Part shown: piece by piece, positions 50,233 through 63,329 of the stretch | How positions within the stretch are numbered: the first letter of the stretch is position 1 | Layout: every line of letters starts with the position of its first letter | Assembly: GCF_006345805.1 (NCBI RefSeq) | Contig: NC_043010.1 | Location: 5,952,001-6,016,000, forward strand | Direction: 5' to 3' | Length of the DNA: 64,000 nucleotides | DNA from: Octopus sinensis | Lineage: Eukaryota | Notes under the pieces: generated by a model | Databases searched by the model: none | What the model was told of the DNA's origin: nothing | Seen by the model: only the letters and a program-made list of their open reading frames with translations | Made by a program: the position numbers and the translations under genes

Positions 50233-52216
50233 GGTTACAATCTACAATTCTGTTACAAGGAAATATATGTATAATGTTTTTGAAGACTTCTGTAATATTT
50301 TCTTCTGTTATCACCTGTAAACATATGAAACAAAAACTTAATTATGCATTGATAATGATGAAGTAATCTATATATATTCACATCACTGAAAACTGATAGC
50401 ATTGAAAAAAAATTGTCCCAAGATATTACAAGTTATGCCAAAGAATCTAAATTATCATTCTTTTTTTATCTTTATATGTATTTGATAGATTTTTATATTA
50501 TTTTCTTCCTACACATTTAAGTTATGTTTTAGTGTGTAAAAATATTACAACAGTTGTATGATCTCTCACTCTTTGTAACAAACATTTCTTAAGTTTTCAT
50601 CATTTCAAGAACCTAATTTATACCTCATATAAATGAAGGAAGTATATTAACATATGTCTGACTGGTCTACATCTGCTAATTTATCTTAAATTCTCATTAG
50701 GTGTACAAAAAAATGAATCCTACACTGACAATTAACAAACCTCTTCCAAATATCAGTCAAATCTCCCCCAAATCACAAACTATCATAATATTTAAGAAGG
50801 GGACATATTGGATAATATATATCAAAGTCCAGCATGGCACAAGACAAAAAGATATGATTATTATGGTTAGAACTGACTTTGATCACTGATCTATCCAATT
50901 AGAAACAACATGAGATTTAAATTTTGTTTGGCAGTCAAGTAATATATAATTAGCTTTTCCACTGAAATCATATTTCTATACATTATCCACAATCAAGTCT
51001 GATTAATTAATGATAAATGCATTTTTCAAAAATACATTCATAATCACATTATGGTAAGCAGTAAGTTTTGTAGTCTGAAGAACATCCAGTTGAGCTTTTC
51101 AGCAATCTGCTGTAGAAAGAAAAACTTAATTTTTGCTGTAACATTCTAAAAGCACAATATGCTATGGGGTTTTCTTTTTCTGTGACCGCATGTGTATCAT
51201 TGGCTATTTTCTTTCTCCGTTTTCCCTTCCTTGGACCCTTCCTTTTTCTATGTTTCTGATTAGGGGCTTCGCTCGAAATGTTAAATACTCCATCTTTCAT
51301 TTCTTTCCTAAGTGTCGAAGAACTCTGTACTTGTTCCACGTCCTTGCGTTGATGTGTTTTCTCTTTATTCATTTTTGGAGTAACTATATATATATATATA
51401 TATGTATACACAAATAGAAATTTCTATCGGTTTGTTTTGAGACGCATAAATTATAATGGTTATTGACAATTTTTGTCTTTTTTTCGGCATATTTGGCATT
51501 AGAATTTTTCTTTTGCCCTTATTTTTGTACATTATTTATAAATTTAACCTTTAAAGGTATTTTTTGATATGCTGGCCAGTGGTGTTGTTTAACTGAATAG
51601 CATCTTTGTTCTCCATCATCCCATAACTAAACTCAATACTCAATATGCATCAGGAAGACAAGTTGAAATGAATGTTCCTGAGTCACAATCTGTAATTTAC
51701 TATTTGATGAAAAGGAAGTAAAAGATAAAACTAACAGAACACTAACTAAAGGAGTTGTTGCCCTTTGATTCTGACCTAAAAATAACAAAAAACAAATAAT
51801 GTCTGCCTAACAGTCTAAGCTGAACAAAATAATTTCCTTCATCACATCTCCCTTCTAATTACTAATATTTAGCATCATTCTCACATTAAACATTTGCCAA
51901 TCTAATCACAATTAAACAATCAGTAATTTAGTGATTCCCTGGAACAGTAAAATTACAAATTTTAAAATTTAGTAAAATTATATCTTTCCTAAAATTTACC
52001 ATTCTAGACGGTCTTTGAGAAATAATATTTATATTTTAGATTTGATGAATGGAAATCATGACAAGGTACAAATATCTGTGAAAAATTCTAACAATAAGTA
52101 AACTTACTCTATTTTTACATCCTGTCTGTAACAGTAGAATGAACTTTTGATTAAATAAAAGATTTGAAAAATATACAAAAGATTACACAACAGAATAAGT
52201 TCTAATAAGTACTTAC

Positions 52217-52455
52217 CAACAGTTGTCAGTGGTTTATATAGTTGTTGCTGTGCTGTTTCAGGGTTTTGGTAACAAAGTTATATTACTAGCAGAAGTTCTG
52301 AGTAGTTTGGTATGTGACAGTGTTATGTAGTTCTATGGAGTTGGTTGTGTAGTATGTAATGTGTGTTGTAGCCAATGACAAGCTGTCTTTTATTCCAGTG
52401 CAAGGAAACGGAAATACAGCCTCCAACTTTTGCAGTTAATGATGGGCTGACTCAC
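52217..52455 (-). promoter_or_regulatory. Promoter/leader exon of G5
   Basis: Conserved block; donor at 52216; acceptor before 50314. Confidence 0.7.
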
Positions 52456-53521
52456 AGACTGGTTTACTTAACCCACACCCACTTACATATACATGTGAAT
52501 GTGTGTTAGTACATAAATGAATAAGGAAGAAATGTCTAATGATTAGAAGGAAGTGGACAGGCAATAAATTCAGTATGGAAAATATTGATTCAAAATAATG
52601 TTAATATAAATGTGTAAAAGTATAAGGAACCTAACTTTAGTAACTTTATGTTACAAACTGCACATAACTCTCAGAAAAGTTATCATGGAACCAAAATAAA
52701 ATTGATTCATATAAAAGATAAATATTTGGAAATATTATTATATTAATACAATAAAACAGCAGTGGAGTCACAAAGAAAACTTTTTAGAAAATACGAAACT
52801 ATGGCTATCAATGAACTTATTTATGTTCAGTAGAAATGTGTGAAGTAGAACACTGAAGAATAGCAGAATAAGAGAATGAGCAGAAAGAATGATATTTACC
52901 AAACCTTTTGCATTTGTTAGGTTAAAGGGGTTTACTTCATTTTGGATTTCATAGATTTCCTCAGAATTAATAATAATAATATTGAAGAATTTCGTGAAGA
53001 ACAGAAGTGGAAGGCAACTACTAATAGATATAACTTCTACAAACTACCGTAGTAAAATATTCTGTAAATCTCAGATTTTGTAACAAAACATTAACATCTT
53101 GGAGCCTTCAAAGTGAACACTGATAGCATTACAGAATATAAATATAAGATTCTTAAGATTTTGCTATTTCAGAAATGGATTTGCAGAGAAGTTAGGATGT
53201 TGTATAAAATGTTTGCTGTATTTAGTTACAAATTGTTATGCAATGTGCTAAAATTGCTCTGAGATTAGATTTATTTTATCAATACAATAAATGAGATTAA
53301 ATAGGAACCAAATAATTGGGTTGATTTACTGTAAATTAAAAGCTAAAAAACAGAATCTGAAACCAAACAGAAACTAATGAATGAAACATTATTGATGCGT
53401 GTTCTACTATCAAATGAAATATTGTTTTGTTATTAATATTTTCTTTTAATGTATTCCTTACTGGAAATGTATTGCCTGTCTTGAGAAAATAATGCTTTGT
53501 TATGTTCTTGAAATGATGCTA

Positions 53522-56500
53522 TTAGACGTCTGTTGCAGACAGAGGAGGAGGAAGTGGAGGTACCTGGGGTGATGAAGGTACCTTTGGTAGTGTTGTTATT
53601 TTGGGTACAGCTGGCAGAGATGGTTTACAGTCTGAAGTAAACTGACTTTTCACTGGTACTGTAGAATGTTGTCCAGTTATGTTAGATGTGGTCCCAGTAA
53701 TAGTCAAAGGTGTTTGGTCAATCGAACAGGAAGTGTTATTATCGACATTAGGTTGATGGTGATATCCATATTTGTTATCTCCCCTTGATCTGTTGAGTGT
53801 GTTTTGAAGTTGATTTCTTCTATTCCATGTTTGGTCACTTTGGTAACGGCACAGATCTAAAAACAATATTAAGATTTTATATAAATTTACTTTGCAATCA
53901 AAAATTAAGCATTTGTTTCATGCGTAAAATTATCCTAAATCTATGCAGGTTTACTCAAAACTTTGAATGTTTAATGAACAACTTGATAATTTATTGATAA
54001 TGAAGAATTTAATTAAATTCAGATGTTTTTCATTTTAACATTCTCATTTTTAATTAGGGATTAGTCTTGAGAAGGAGTTTTGGGAGAATAATATATGTGA
54101 ATAAATTTCACGAGAACATTATATATATTGAATATCTTGACCTATATCTTTTTAAAGATTTGCAAATGGACACTAATCATTAATTTATAATTAAATTTTA
54201 GTCGTGTATCTATGGAGATTGGTGGAATGAAAGCTTCCTAGCTTGAAAATTAATGAATGGGTGAACAACAGAAAGAGCCACGAGGTGTAAAGCATTGCCT
54301 TAATATTCTACTCATCTGATTCATGCTAACATACGCAAAATGAATGTAAAACGAATGAACAAACTAGATATGTATTATTATATCATTAGGAAATATAATA
54401 TTAAATTTAAAAGTTTCTTACATTTGAAGAAATTCTTGGCATTTTTATCTTACCTGGCAGTTCCTCATAATGTCCAGCACTACCAACACTCCAGCCATGA
54501 CCACTATCAGTGTGAGATGACAATGTTGACATCTCACTGAATTGGCCAGGATTGTTCAGTTCTCTGTAACCTGGAGACATACTTTCTTCTCTGGGAATGA
54601 ACATCTATAAATATAAGTCCAATGGATCATCATGATGTTCTGCACATTCAAAAGAAAAAATATACATCTCAAAGATTTAGACAATTCTTAGGATTCTTCA
54701 ATTGGGAGGTTAATTTCTAATCTTTCTATAGTCTAGATTCTAAACTTTCTGAAGTCTACAAGTAATTTCCTAGAAAGATGACTTCAAAACATCAGTCAGA
54801 ATATATATATATAAGTAATTTTTAGTATATTGTATTTACTCTGTCTCCAGGATATCTTCATCATTGCCATCTCAGAGTGCTATGACTTTTGAGTTTAAAA
54901 TATTCAAAGAAGCTTCAATTAGTAAGAAAGAATCATATATTAAGTAATTTAGTCACCCCAGTAAACTGAGGATATGAACAATAACAAGCAGAGTAAATAA
55001 TTCAATATGAAAACAGCAGTCGAGTTTCAAACTAACTTTTCAAATTGTATATGATAGTTTATTAGTATTACCGCAGTAACAGAGGAAAACTATTCTACAG
55101 ATGAAAATAGCAGACCTGTTTTATTCATGTCTAATGATGACTGCAATTGTACAGATAAGATTAGCAAGTGTTTAAAATACTGTGTATATAACATTCTTCC
55201 AACCATAAAGATTGCACGTGTCAATAAATATTTGTTACTTCTCAATTTCCTTTGCAGCATTCAGATGAAGTTTTTCTAGGAATAACCAATATTGAAAAGA
55301 ATGCAAAAATACATTTGGAAAAGATAGATGAACAATAAAGGGAATGGTTCAAATGTAAAATAGTGAGAGTGGTCATCATCATCTTTGAACATCAGTTCTC
55401 CATTCCGACATGGGATGGAGAGTAGGAGAGGAGTTAGCTAGCCTTAGAGCTGTCCATGCTTCATCTCTATTTTTCTATAGTTTCTATGAAGGGACGACCA
55501 TCCTAACACCAACCACTTAACACAGTTATATTTCATGCAGGAACACAAAAACAAATGAAGCATGCAACAGCCATTTTTTCCTTGATATTTCAAATAAATA
55601 TAAGCAATTTACCTGTTCAGGTCTGTTCAAAGTAAAATCATTCCACTTATCACATGGCATGGTTCTGCAGTAAGTATCTTCCCTATAAACCTTTGATTCT
55701 TGAGATGGCTTCAGTTTTCTCGACATTGTGTACGAAATGCCAGGTGGAACACAGGTAGGATCAAATATATATTTCGATTGCATGTTTAATGCAGGTGTAA
55801 CCTTGTGGTACATATCAACACTGTTGTTATAGTTGCTGTCTGTCTGCTTCAGTCTATGAACTATACAGATTGATATGGAGATCACTATGACAACTGATAC
55901 GATCACAGCTGCTACAACAATAACAATCATCACATTCAATTGGAGACCATTACTTGATTCTGTTGTTGTCTTTGAAGGGGTCTTAAATATCTTTGATGTG
56001 CTGTTACTAACTGTTAGAGTCAAAGACAAAGTTGTTGTCGATGACAGAACTGGACTGCCACTGTCTTTCACACCTAATTCCAGTTCATAGAATCCAGCAT
56101 CATTTTGGTAAAGTGAGCGAGAGAAAGATAAGACACCAGAGTGATGGTTCATTTGAAATAAGTGTTTCTCATTACCTCTGAGTATTTCATATGTGAGGAA
56201 GGCATTGTGTTGACTGTCTCTGTCAGAGGCCCTAACAACTGTGATATCATGGTCAGAGTGGGGATGGTAGTGGACATTAAGAGTGAAAGGGTCAACATTA
56301 GGGAAACTGAAATAGGGAGCATTATCATTTAAATCCATAACCTCAACAACAACATTTGCTCTCTTCTCCAGTGATGGTGTTCCTTTATCTTTTACTAAAA
56401 CCTTAAACTCATACAAGTTCTTTTCTTCTCTGTCTAGGGACTCAGTTGTGGAAATGAATCCCACATCAGATATCTGAAATGGTAGAATATCTTTTCCATT

Positions 56501-57999
56501 AGATAATAGAGAATAGGTTAATTGTCCTCCATCTCCAATATCTGGGTCTGTGGCATTGACATATCCAACAGGGAAGTCTTTGTGTTCATTTTCATAGGTG
56601 AGAAACTTAAATATGTCCTGACTAAACTGAGGTTGTACATCATTTATGTCAGTGACCAGCACAGAAAACCGTTTCTCTACTTTCAATGGAGGTAAACCAT
56701 TATCTTGACATTTAATGGTGAAATTAAAGCTCTTCTCACTCTCTCTATCTATTTCACTCTTGACAACAACTTTGTATTTCTTTTCAGACTCTGAGATAAG
56801 CTGAAGATATCTATTTTGTAAATGGCACTTCACTTGTCCATTTTCTCCATTGTCATTGTCAATGACATTCACAAAAGCAACAAAACTGTGAATTTGTGTT
56901 CCTTCAGAGATGACAGCTGTTTTTCCAGTTGACTTAACAAAAATTTGAAGTCAATGTTTGGTGGATTATTCAAATGAGTGACACCATTTACCAGAACAAT
57001 GGCAGCTGAGGACATTGGAGGGTTACCATTATCCCTAGCTTCAACATACAATTTATATATCCTTCCAAATTGAAATTCTTTCTTCAGAAACAAATATCCA
57101 GTTACTTCATCTAATCTGAAAAACTGTTCAGTATATTTTGATGTTATGGCATTGAAAAAATAAGATATTAATCCATTTTCTCCTTCATCTAAATCTGTGG
57201 CTGACAGCTTTGCAATCGGTTTGTTTAACTGGTGTGTGTCATTTACAGTGACATTATAATTCTTCTGAGAGAACAAAGGTTTATTGTCATTTATATCCTT
57301 CACTAATATTTTAATACGAAGTACACCTTTTTTCTGTGGTGATCCATTATCTCTGGCATTTAACTGAATTTCATAATTGCTTTTTGTCTCACGATCTAAG
57401 ACGTTTTCTAGATTGAGTTGCAATAGATCAGATCCATCCAAATATTTAGAAACAATCAATTTAAAAGGAGTATTTAAATCTTCAATCCCATAAGTGATTC
57501 TGGAATTCTGAATACTGACATCATTATCAATGGCATTTGGAATTATATACTTTTTTCCTATTAAATCATTTTCCTCAAATTTTAAATGAAATTCCTTTTT
57601 TGGAAACTTGGGAGAATTATCATTGACATCTTCTATTATAACTTTGAGTTTTAATATCTTAATAACAGAATAGCCATGTTGAACAGTTATTTCTAATATT
57701 CTGAAACATTCCACATTATATTGACACAGAATTTCTGCATCCAATATGGCAGCAGTGTACAAGTGTCCTCCCTGTGTAACATTAAATAACGGAGCTGCTC
57801 CATCTGTACTTCCCTGAACAACATTAAATGTCAGTTTGCTGTTATCGTCAAGAGATGGTACAGTATCCAATAGGTGTGTATCAGTGACAATATCTCCAAT
57901 AAAGCTGTGTATATCATTGTTCTCTTTCACATGGTAGGTATGATCCACACACCAACAATTGTTAACCATTAACAACACCAACAAAAATATGTATAACAT
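53522..57999 (-). pseudogene. Pcdh: Protocadherin G6 with a 1-bp frameshift at 56939-56943 (pseudogene, null allele or assembly indel); exons 55613..57999, 54454..54604, 53522..53856
   Basis: The large exon is 2387 bp versus 2388 in G3-G5. The A-run after GACTTAAC has 5 A here and 6 in G4 (40350-40355). The ORF track splits it into 56869..57999 and 55526..56872. Everything else, including splice sites, is intact. Confidence 0.8.
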
Positions 58000-58812
58000 G
58001 GTTACAGTCTACAATTCTGTTACAAGGAATTATATGTAAAATGTTGTTGAAACCTATGAAATTATGACCTTGAATATTTTCTTGTTATCACCTGTAAATA
58101 TATAAAAATATAAAAACTGATTTATGCATTTAATTATGATGAAGTAATCTAGGAAATACACATCAGTGAAAACTGGTAGCAATACAAAATTTTACCAACA
58201 TATTACAAGGTACGCAAAAAAAATCTACATTATCGTTCCATTCTTTATCTTTATATGCATTTGATAGAATTTAAAGTTATTTTCCTCCTACACATTTAAG
58301 TTATGTTTTAGTGTGCAAAAATATTATATCAATTGTATAATCTCTTATTCTTTGTAACAAACATTTCTTAAATTTTCATCATTTCAAGAACCTAATTTAT
58401 ACTTCAAATAAAAGAAGGAAGCATTAACATATGTTTGACTGGTCTACATCTGCTAATTTATCTTAAATTCTCATTTTGTGTACTAAGGAAGCCTACACTG
58501 ACAATTAATGAACCTTTTCCAAATATCAGTCAAATCTCCCCCAAATCACAAACTATCATAATATTTAAAAAGGGGACATATTGGATAACATATTGAATAC
58601 TATATATCAAAGTACAGCATGACACAAGAAAAAAAAGATATGATTATTATGGTTAGAACTGCCTCTGATTATTGATCTATCCAATTGCAAACAACATGAG
58701 ATTTAAATTTTGTTTGGCAGTCAAGTAATATATAATATATAATTATCATGTTTCTATACATTATCCACAATCAAGTCTGATTAATAAATGATAAATGTAT
58801 TTTTCAGCAATA

Positions 58813-60069
58813 TTAGGTTGTCAAGAAAGTTCTTGCAGTTTTTAACCTTTAAATTCAGTTGCACAAATCTCAGCTTAAACAGAACTTTATTAATCGAAAT
58901 AAACACCATCAGAATCAACACACTTTTGCCAACGCGAAACAAGTTTATTTATGCCAGTAGCATAAAAATCCTGCATTCTGGTAGCAATGAAGTCGTTGAG
59001 GGTGTGTTTGGCATCATCTTGGTTTTTGAAGAATTTCTGACACAGGATGTTGTTGAGATGCTTGAATAAGTGGTAGTCGGTTGGCAAGAGATCTGGTGAC
59101 TATGGCATATGAGGCTGTGTTTCGTAACCCAATTCGTTCAACTTCTGCAGGGTCAGTTGTGCGACGTGTAGTTGAGTGTTGTCATGGAGAAGAATTGGTA
59201 ATTTTCTATTGATCAATGCTGGCTGTTGTTGTCGGAGTTTCTTATGCATTTCATCTATTTACAGACAGAACTTCTCTGCCATAATGGTTTCGCCTGGATC
59301 CAAAAAGGCGTGATGGATTACAATGGCCGCAGACCACCATGACCTTCTTTTGGTGCAACTTTGGCTTTGGGAAGTGCTGTGGAGCTTTGTCGGTGCCCAA
59401 CCACTGAGCTGAGCATCACCGGTTGTTGTAAAGTATCCATTTTTCATCACAAGTCACAATCCAGTCGTTCTTGCTGTGTAAAAGAAGGGAAGACGACACT
59501 TTAAAATGGCATTTTTTTGGGTTGTCGTTCAATTCATGCGGCACCCATTTCTCAAGTAATATTTTTCCAATCTCTTTCAAGTGGTTGGAAATTGTCACAT
59601 ACGTTACGTCTAATTCAGAATCAAGTTCTCGAACAGTTGTGCGTGAATTGGCTTCCACTAAGGCTCTTAGTTGATCATTGTCAACATCCGATGGCTGACC
59701 ACCATGCTTATCTTCAAGACTCTTGTCACCGCTACGAAATTTCTTGAACCACGATTGTGCTGTATGTTCATTAGTGGTTCCTGGGCCAAATGCATCGTTG
59801 ATATCATGAGCTATTTCAGCAGCTTTTCGGCCTAGCTTGAACTGGAATAAGAAAATTGTGCGAATTTGCTTTTTGTCCATGTTGTATGCAACGTTCTGGA
59901 CAAAATGGTCTAATTATTCAATAAGAAAAAGAGTAACACGATTAGATAGAACGAAAAATGGGCTTTAAAATGACATATAAATTCTAAGTAATTTAATGAT
60001 ATTTAATTTGAAAATATATCATTTAAAACCAAAATGTAAAATTCAGCAAGAACTTTCTTGACAACCTAA
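58813..60069 (-). mobile_element. Second copy of the same degenerate mariner, 1257 bp
   Basis: Same TIRs, TA duplications, flanks and ORF breakpoints as 42228-43484. Confidence 0.92.
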
Positions 60070-60941
60070 TACGTTCATAAATACATTATGGTAAGCAGTA
60101 AGTTTTGTAGTCTGAAGAATATCCGGTTAAGCTTTTCAGCAATCTGCTGTAGATAGGGAACCTAAATTTTTGCTGTAAGATGCTAAGATCTTAATATTCT
60201 AAGGGGTTTCTTTTTTATCCTTTATTTCTTTCAGGAACTGGACTCCAGCTTTGCTGGGGTACTCCCTTGATACTTATAACACATTCACTCTTTTACAACA
60301 TTAGTACTCCCCAACCGTTCTATTCCTAAAGCTATTAAGTTGCAGACTTTGAAAATGGTTCTCTTGCTTCATTGATAGGGTTCGTTTCTTAGATTCACAG
60401 TTACTGAGTCACAATCTGTAATTCACGATTTGATGCAAAGGAAGTAAAAGATAAAACTGACAGAACACTAATTAAATGAGTTGTTGCCCTTTGATTCTGG
60501 CCTAAAAATAACAACAAAAAAAAAATGTCTGCCTAACAATCTAAGCTGAAAAAATAATTTCCTTCATCACATCTCCCTTCTAATTATCAATATTTAGCGT
60601 CATTCTCACATTAAACATTTGACAATCTAATCACAATTAAACATTCAGTAATCTTGCAATTCCTTGGAACAGAAAAATCAAAAATTTTACAATTTAGTAA
60701 AATTATATCTTTCCTAAAATTTACCATTCTAGACGGTCTTTGAGAAATAATATTTATATTCTAGATTTGATGAATGGAAATCGTGACAAGGTACAAATAT
60801 CTGTGAAAAGTTCTAACATCAAGTAAACTTATTCTATTTCTACATCCTGTCTGTAACAATAGAATGAACTTTTGATTAAATAAACCATTTGAAAAACATA
60901 TAAAAGATTACACAACAGAATAAGTTCTAATAAGTACTTAC

Positions 60942-61180
60942 CAACAGTTGTCAGTGGTTTATATAGTTGTTGCTGTGCTGTTTCAGGGTTTTGGTAACAA
61001 AGTTATATCAGTAGCAGAAGTTCTGAGTAGTTTGGTATGTGACAGTGTTATGTAGTTCTATGGAGTTGGTTGTGTAGTATGTAATGTGTGTTGTAGCCAA
61101 TGACAAGCTGTCTTTTATTCCAGTGCAAGGAAACGGAAATACAGCCTCCAACTTTTGCAGTTAATGATGGGCTGACTCAC
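60942..61180 (-). promoter_or_regulatory. Promoter/leader exon of G6
   Basis: Conserved block; donor at 60941; acceptor before 58091. Confidence 0.7.
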
Positions 61181-62247
61181 AGACTGGTTTACTTAACCCA
61201 CACCCACTTACATATATATATGTGAATGTTTGTTAGTACATAAATGAATAAGGAAGAAATGTCTAATGACTAGAATGAAGTGGACAGGCAATAAATTCAG
61301 TATGGAAAATATTGATTCAAAATAATGTTAATATAAATGTGTAAAAGTATAAGGAACCTAACTTTAGTAACTCTATGTTACAAACTGCACATAACTCTCA
61401 GAAAAGTTATCATGGAACCAAGATAAAATTAATTCATATAAAAAATAAATATTTGGAAATATTATTATATTAATACAATAAAACAGCAGTGGAGTCACAA
61501 AGAAAACTTTTTAGAAAATACGAAACTATGGCTATCAATGAACTTATTTATGTTCAGTAGAAATGTGTGAAGTAGAATACTGAAGAACAGCAGAATAAGA
61601 GAATGAGCAGAAAGAATGATATTTACCAAACCTTTTGCATTTGTTAGGTTAAAGGGGTTTACTTCATTTTGGATTTCATAGATTTCCTCAGAATTAATAA
61701 TAATAATATTGAAGAATTTCACAAAGAACAGAAGTGGAAGGCAACTACTAATAGATATAACTTCTACAAACTACCATAGTAAAATATTCTGTAAATCTCA
61801 GATTTTCTAGCAAAACATTAACATCTTGGAGCCTTCAAAGTGAACACTGATAGCATTACAGAATATAAATATAAGATTCTTAAGATTTACTATATCAGAA
61901 ATGGATTTGCAGAGAAGTTAGAATGTTGAATAAAATGATTGCTGTATTTAGGTACAAATTATTATGCACTGTGCTAAAATTGCTATGAGATTAGATTTAT
62001 TTTATCAATACAATAAATGAGATTAAATAGGAACCAAATAATTGGGTTGATTTACTGTAAATTAAAATCTAAAAAACAGAATCTGAAAACTAACAGAAAC
62101 TAATGAATGAAACATTATTGATGCGTGTTCTACTATGAAATGAAATATTGTTTTGTTATTAATATTTTCTTTTAATGTATTCCTTACTGAAATTGTATTG
62201 CCTGTCTTGAGAAAATAATGCTTTGTTATGTTCTTGAAATTATGCTA

Positions 62248-63329
62248 TTAGACGTCTGTTGCAGACAGGGGAGGAAGTGGAGGTACCTGGGGTGATGAAG
62301 GTACCTTCGGTAGTGTTGTTATTTTGGGTACAGCTGGCAGAGATGGTTTACAGTCTGAAGTAAACTGACTTTTCACTGGTACTGTAGAATGTTGTCCAGT
62401 TATGTTAGATGTGATCCCAGTAATAGTCAAAGGTGTTTGGTCAATCGAACAGGAAGTGTTATTATCGACATTAGGTTGATGGTGATATCCATATTTGTTA
62501 TCTCCCCTTGATCTGTTGAGTGTGTTTTGAAGTTGATTTCTCCTATTCCATGTCTGGTCACTTTGGTAACGGCACAGATCTAAAAAATAATGAGTTTGTA
62601 TATGAATTTACTTTGCAATCAACAATTAACCTCATTAACATTTCTTTCGGGCATAAAATTATTCTCCATCTGTGCAGGTTTGCTTGCAAATTTTTAATTT
62701 CTAAGAAACAACTTGATAATTTATTGATAACGAAGAAGATAATTAAATTCAGATAATTAACATTCTCATTTTTAATTAGGGATTAGTCTTGAAAACGAAT
62801 TTTCCAAGAAAAATACATGTAAAGAAATTTTAATAGAACATTTTATACAATCAATATCTTAACCCCTATTTCTGAAAGTGTTACAAATGGACAATAATCA
62901 TTAATTTGAAATTAAATCATAGTCCTTTTTATTTGGAGACTGGTGGAATGAAAGCTCCCTTGTTTGAAAAGCATTCAATGGATTAGTTACAGAAAGAGCC
63001 TCTAGGTGTAAAGCACTGCCTTAATATTCTACTCATCTGACTGATGCTAGCATAAGAAAAATGAACGTAAAAGGAATGAACAAACTAAATTAAATATATG
63101 TATTACGCTCTCATTAGGAAATATATTAAATTTAAAAGTTTCTTACAACTGAAGAAATGCTTGGTAATTTTATCTTACCTGGCAGTTCCTCATAATGTCC
63201 AGCACTACCGACACTCCAGCCTTGACCACTATCAGTGTGAGATGACAATGTTGACATCTCACTGAATTGGTCAGGATTGTTCAGTTCTCTGTAACCTGGA
63301 GACATACTTTCCTCTCTGGGAATAAAAAT
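62248..63329 (-). CDS. Pcdh: Protocadherin G7, 3' part only: join(complement 63179..63329, 62248..62579); ectodomain exon lies beyond the window
   Basis: A 151-bp exon (IFIPREESMSPGYRELNNPDQFSEMSTLSSHTDSGQGWS...) and a 332-bp terminal exon ending ATDV-stop, both nearly identical to those of G4 and G5. Confidence 0.88.

Noticed and set aside
55526-56872. Separate 448-aa cadherin gene
   Set aside because: It begins at a GTG in mid-EC4 with no signal peptide; it is the 3' half of frameshifted G6.
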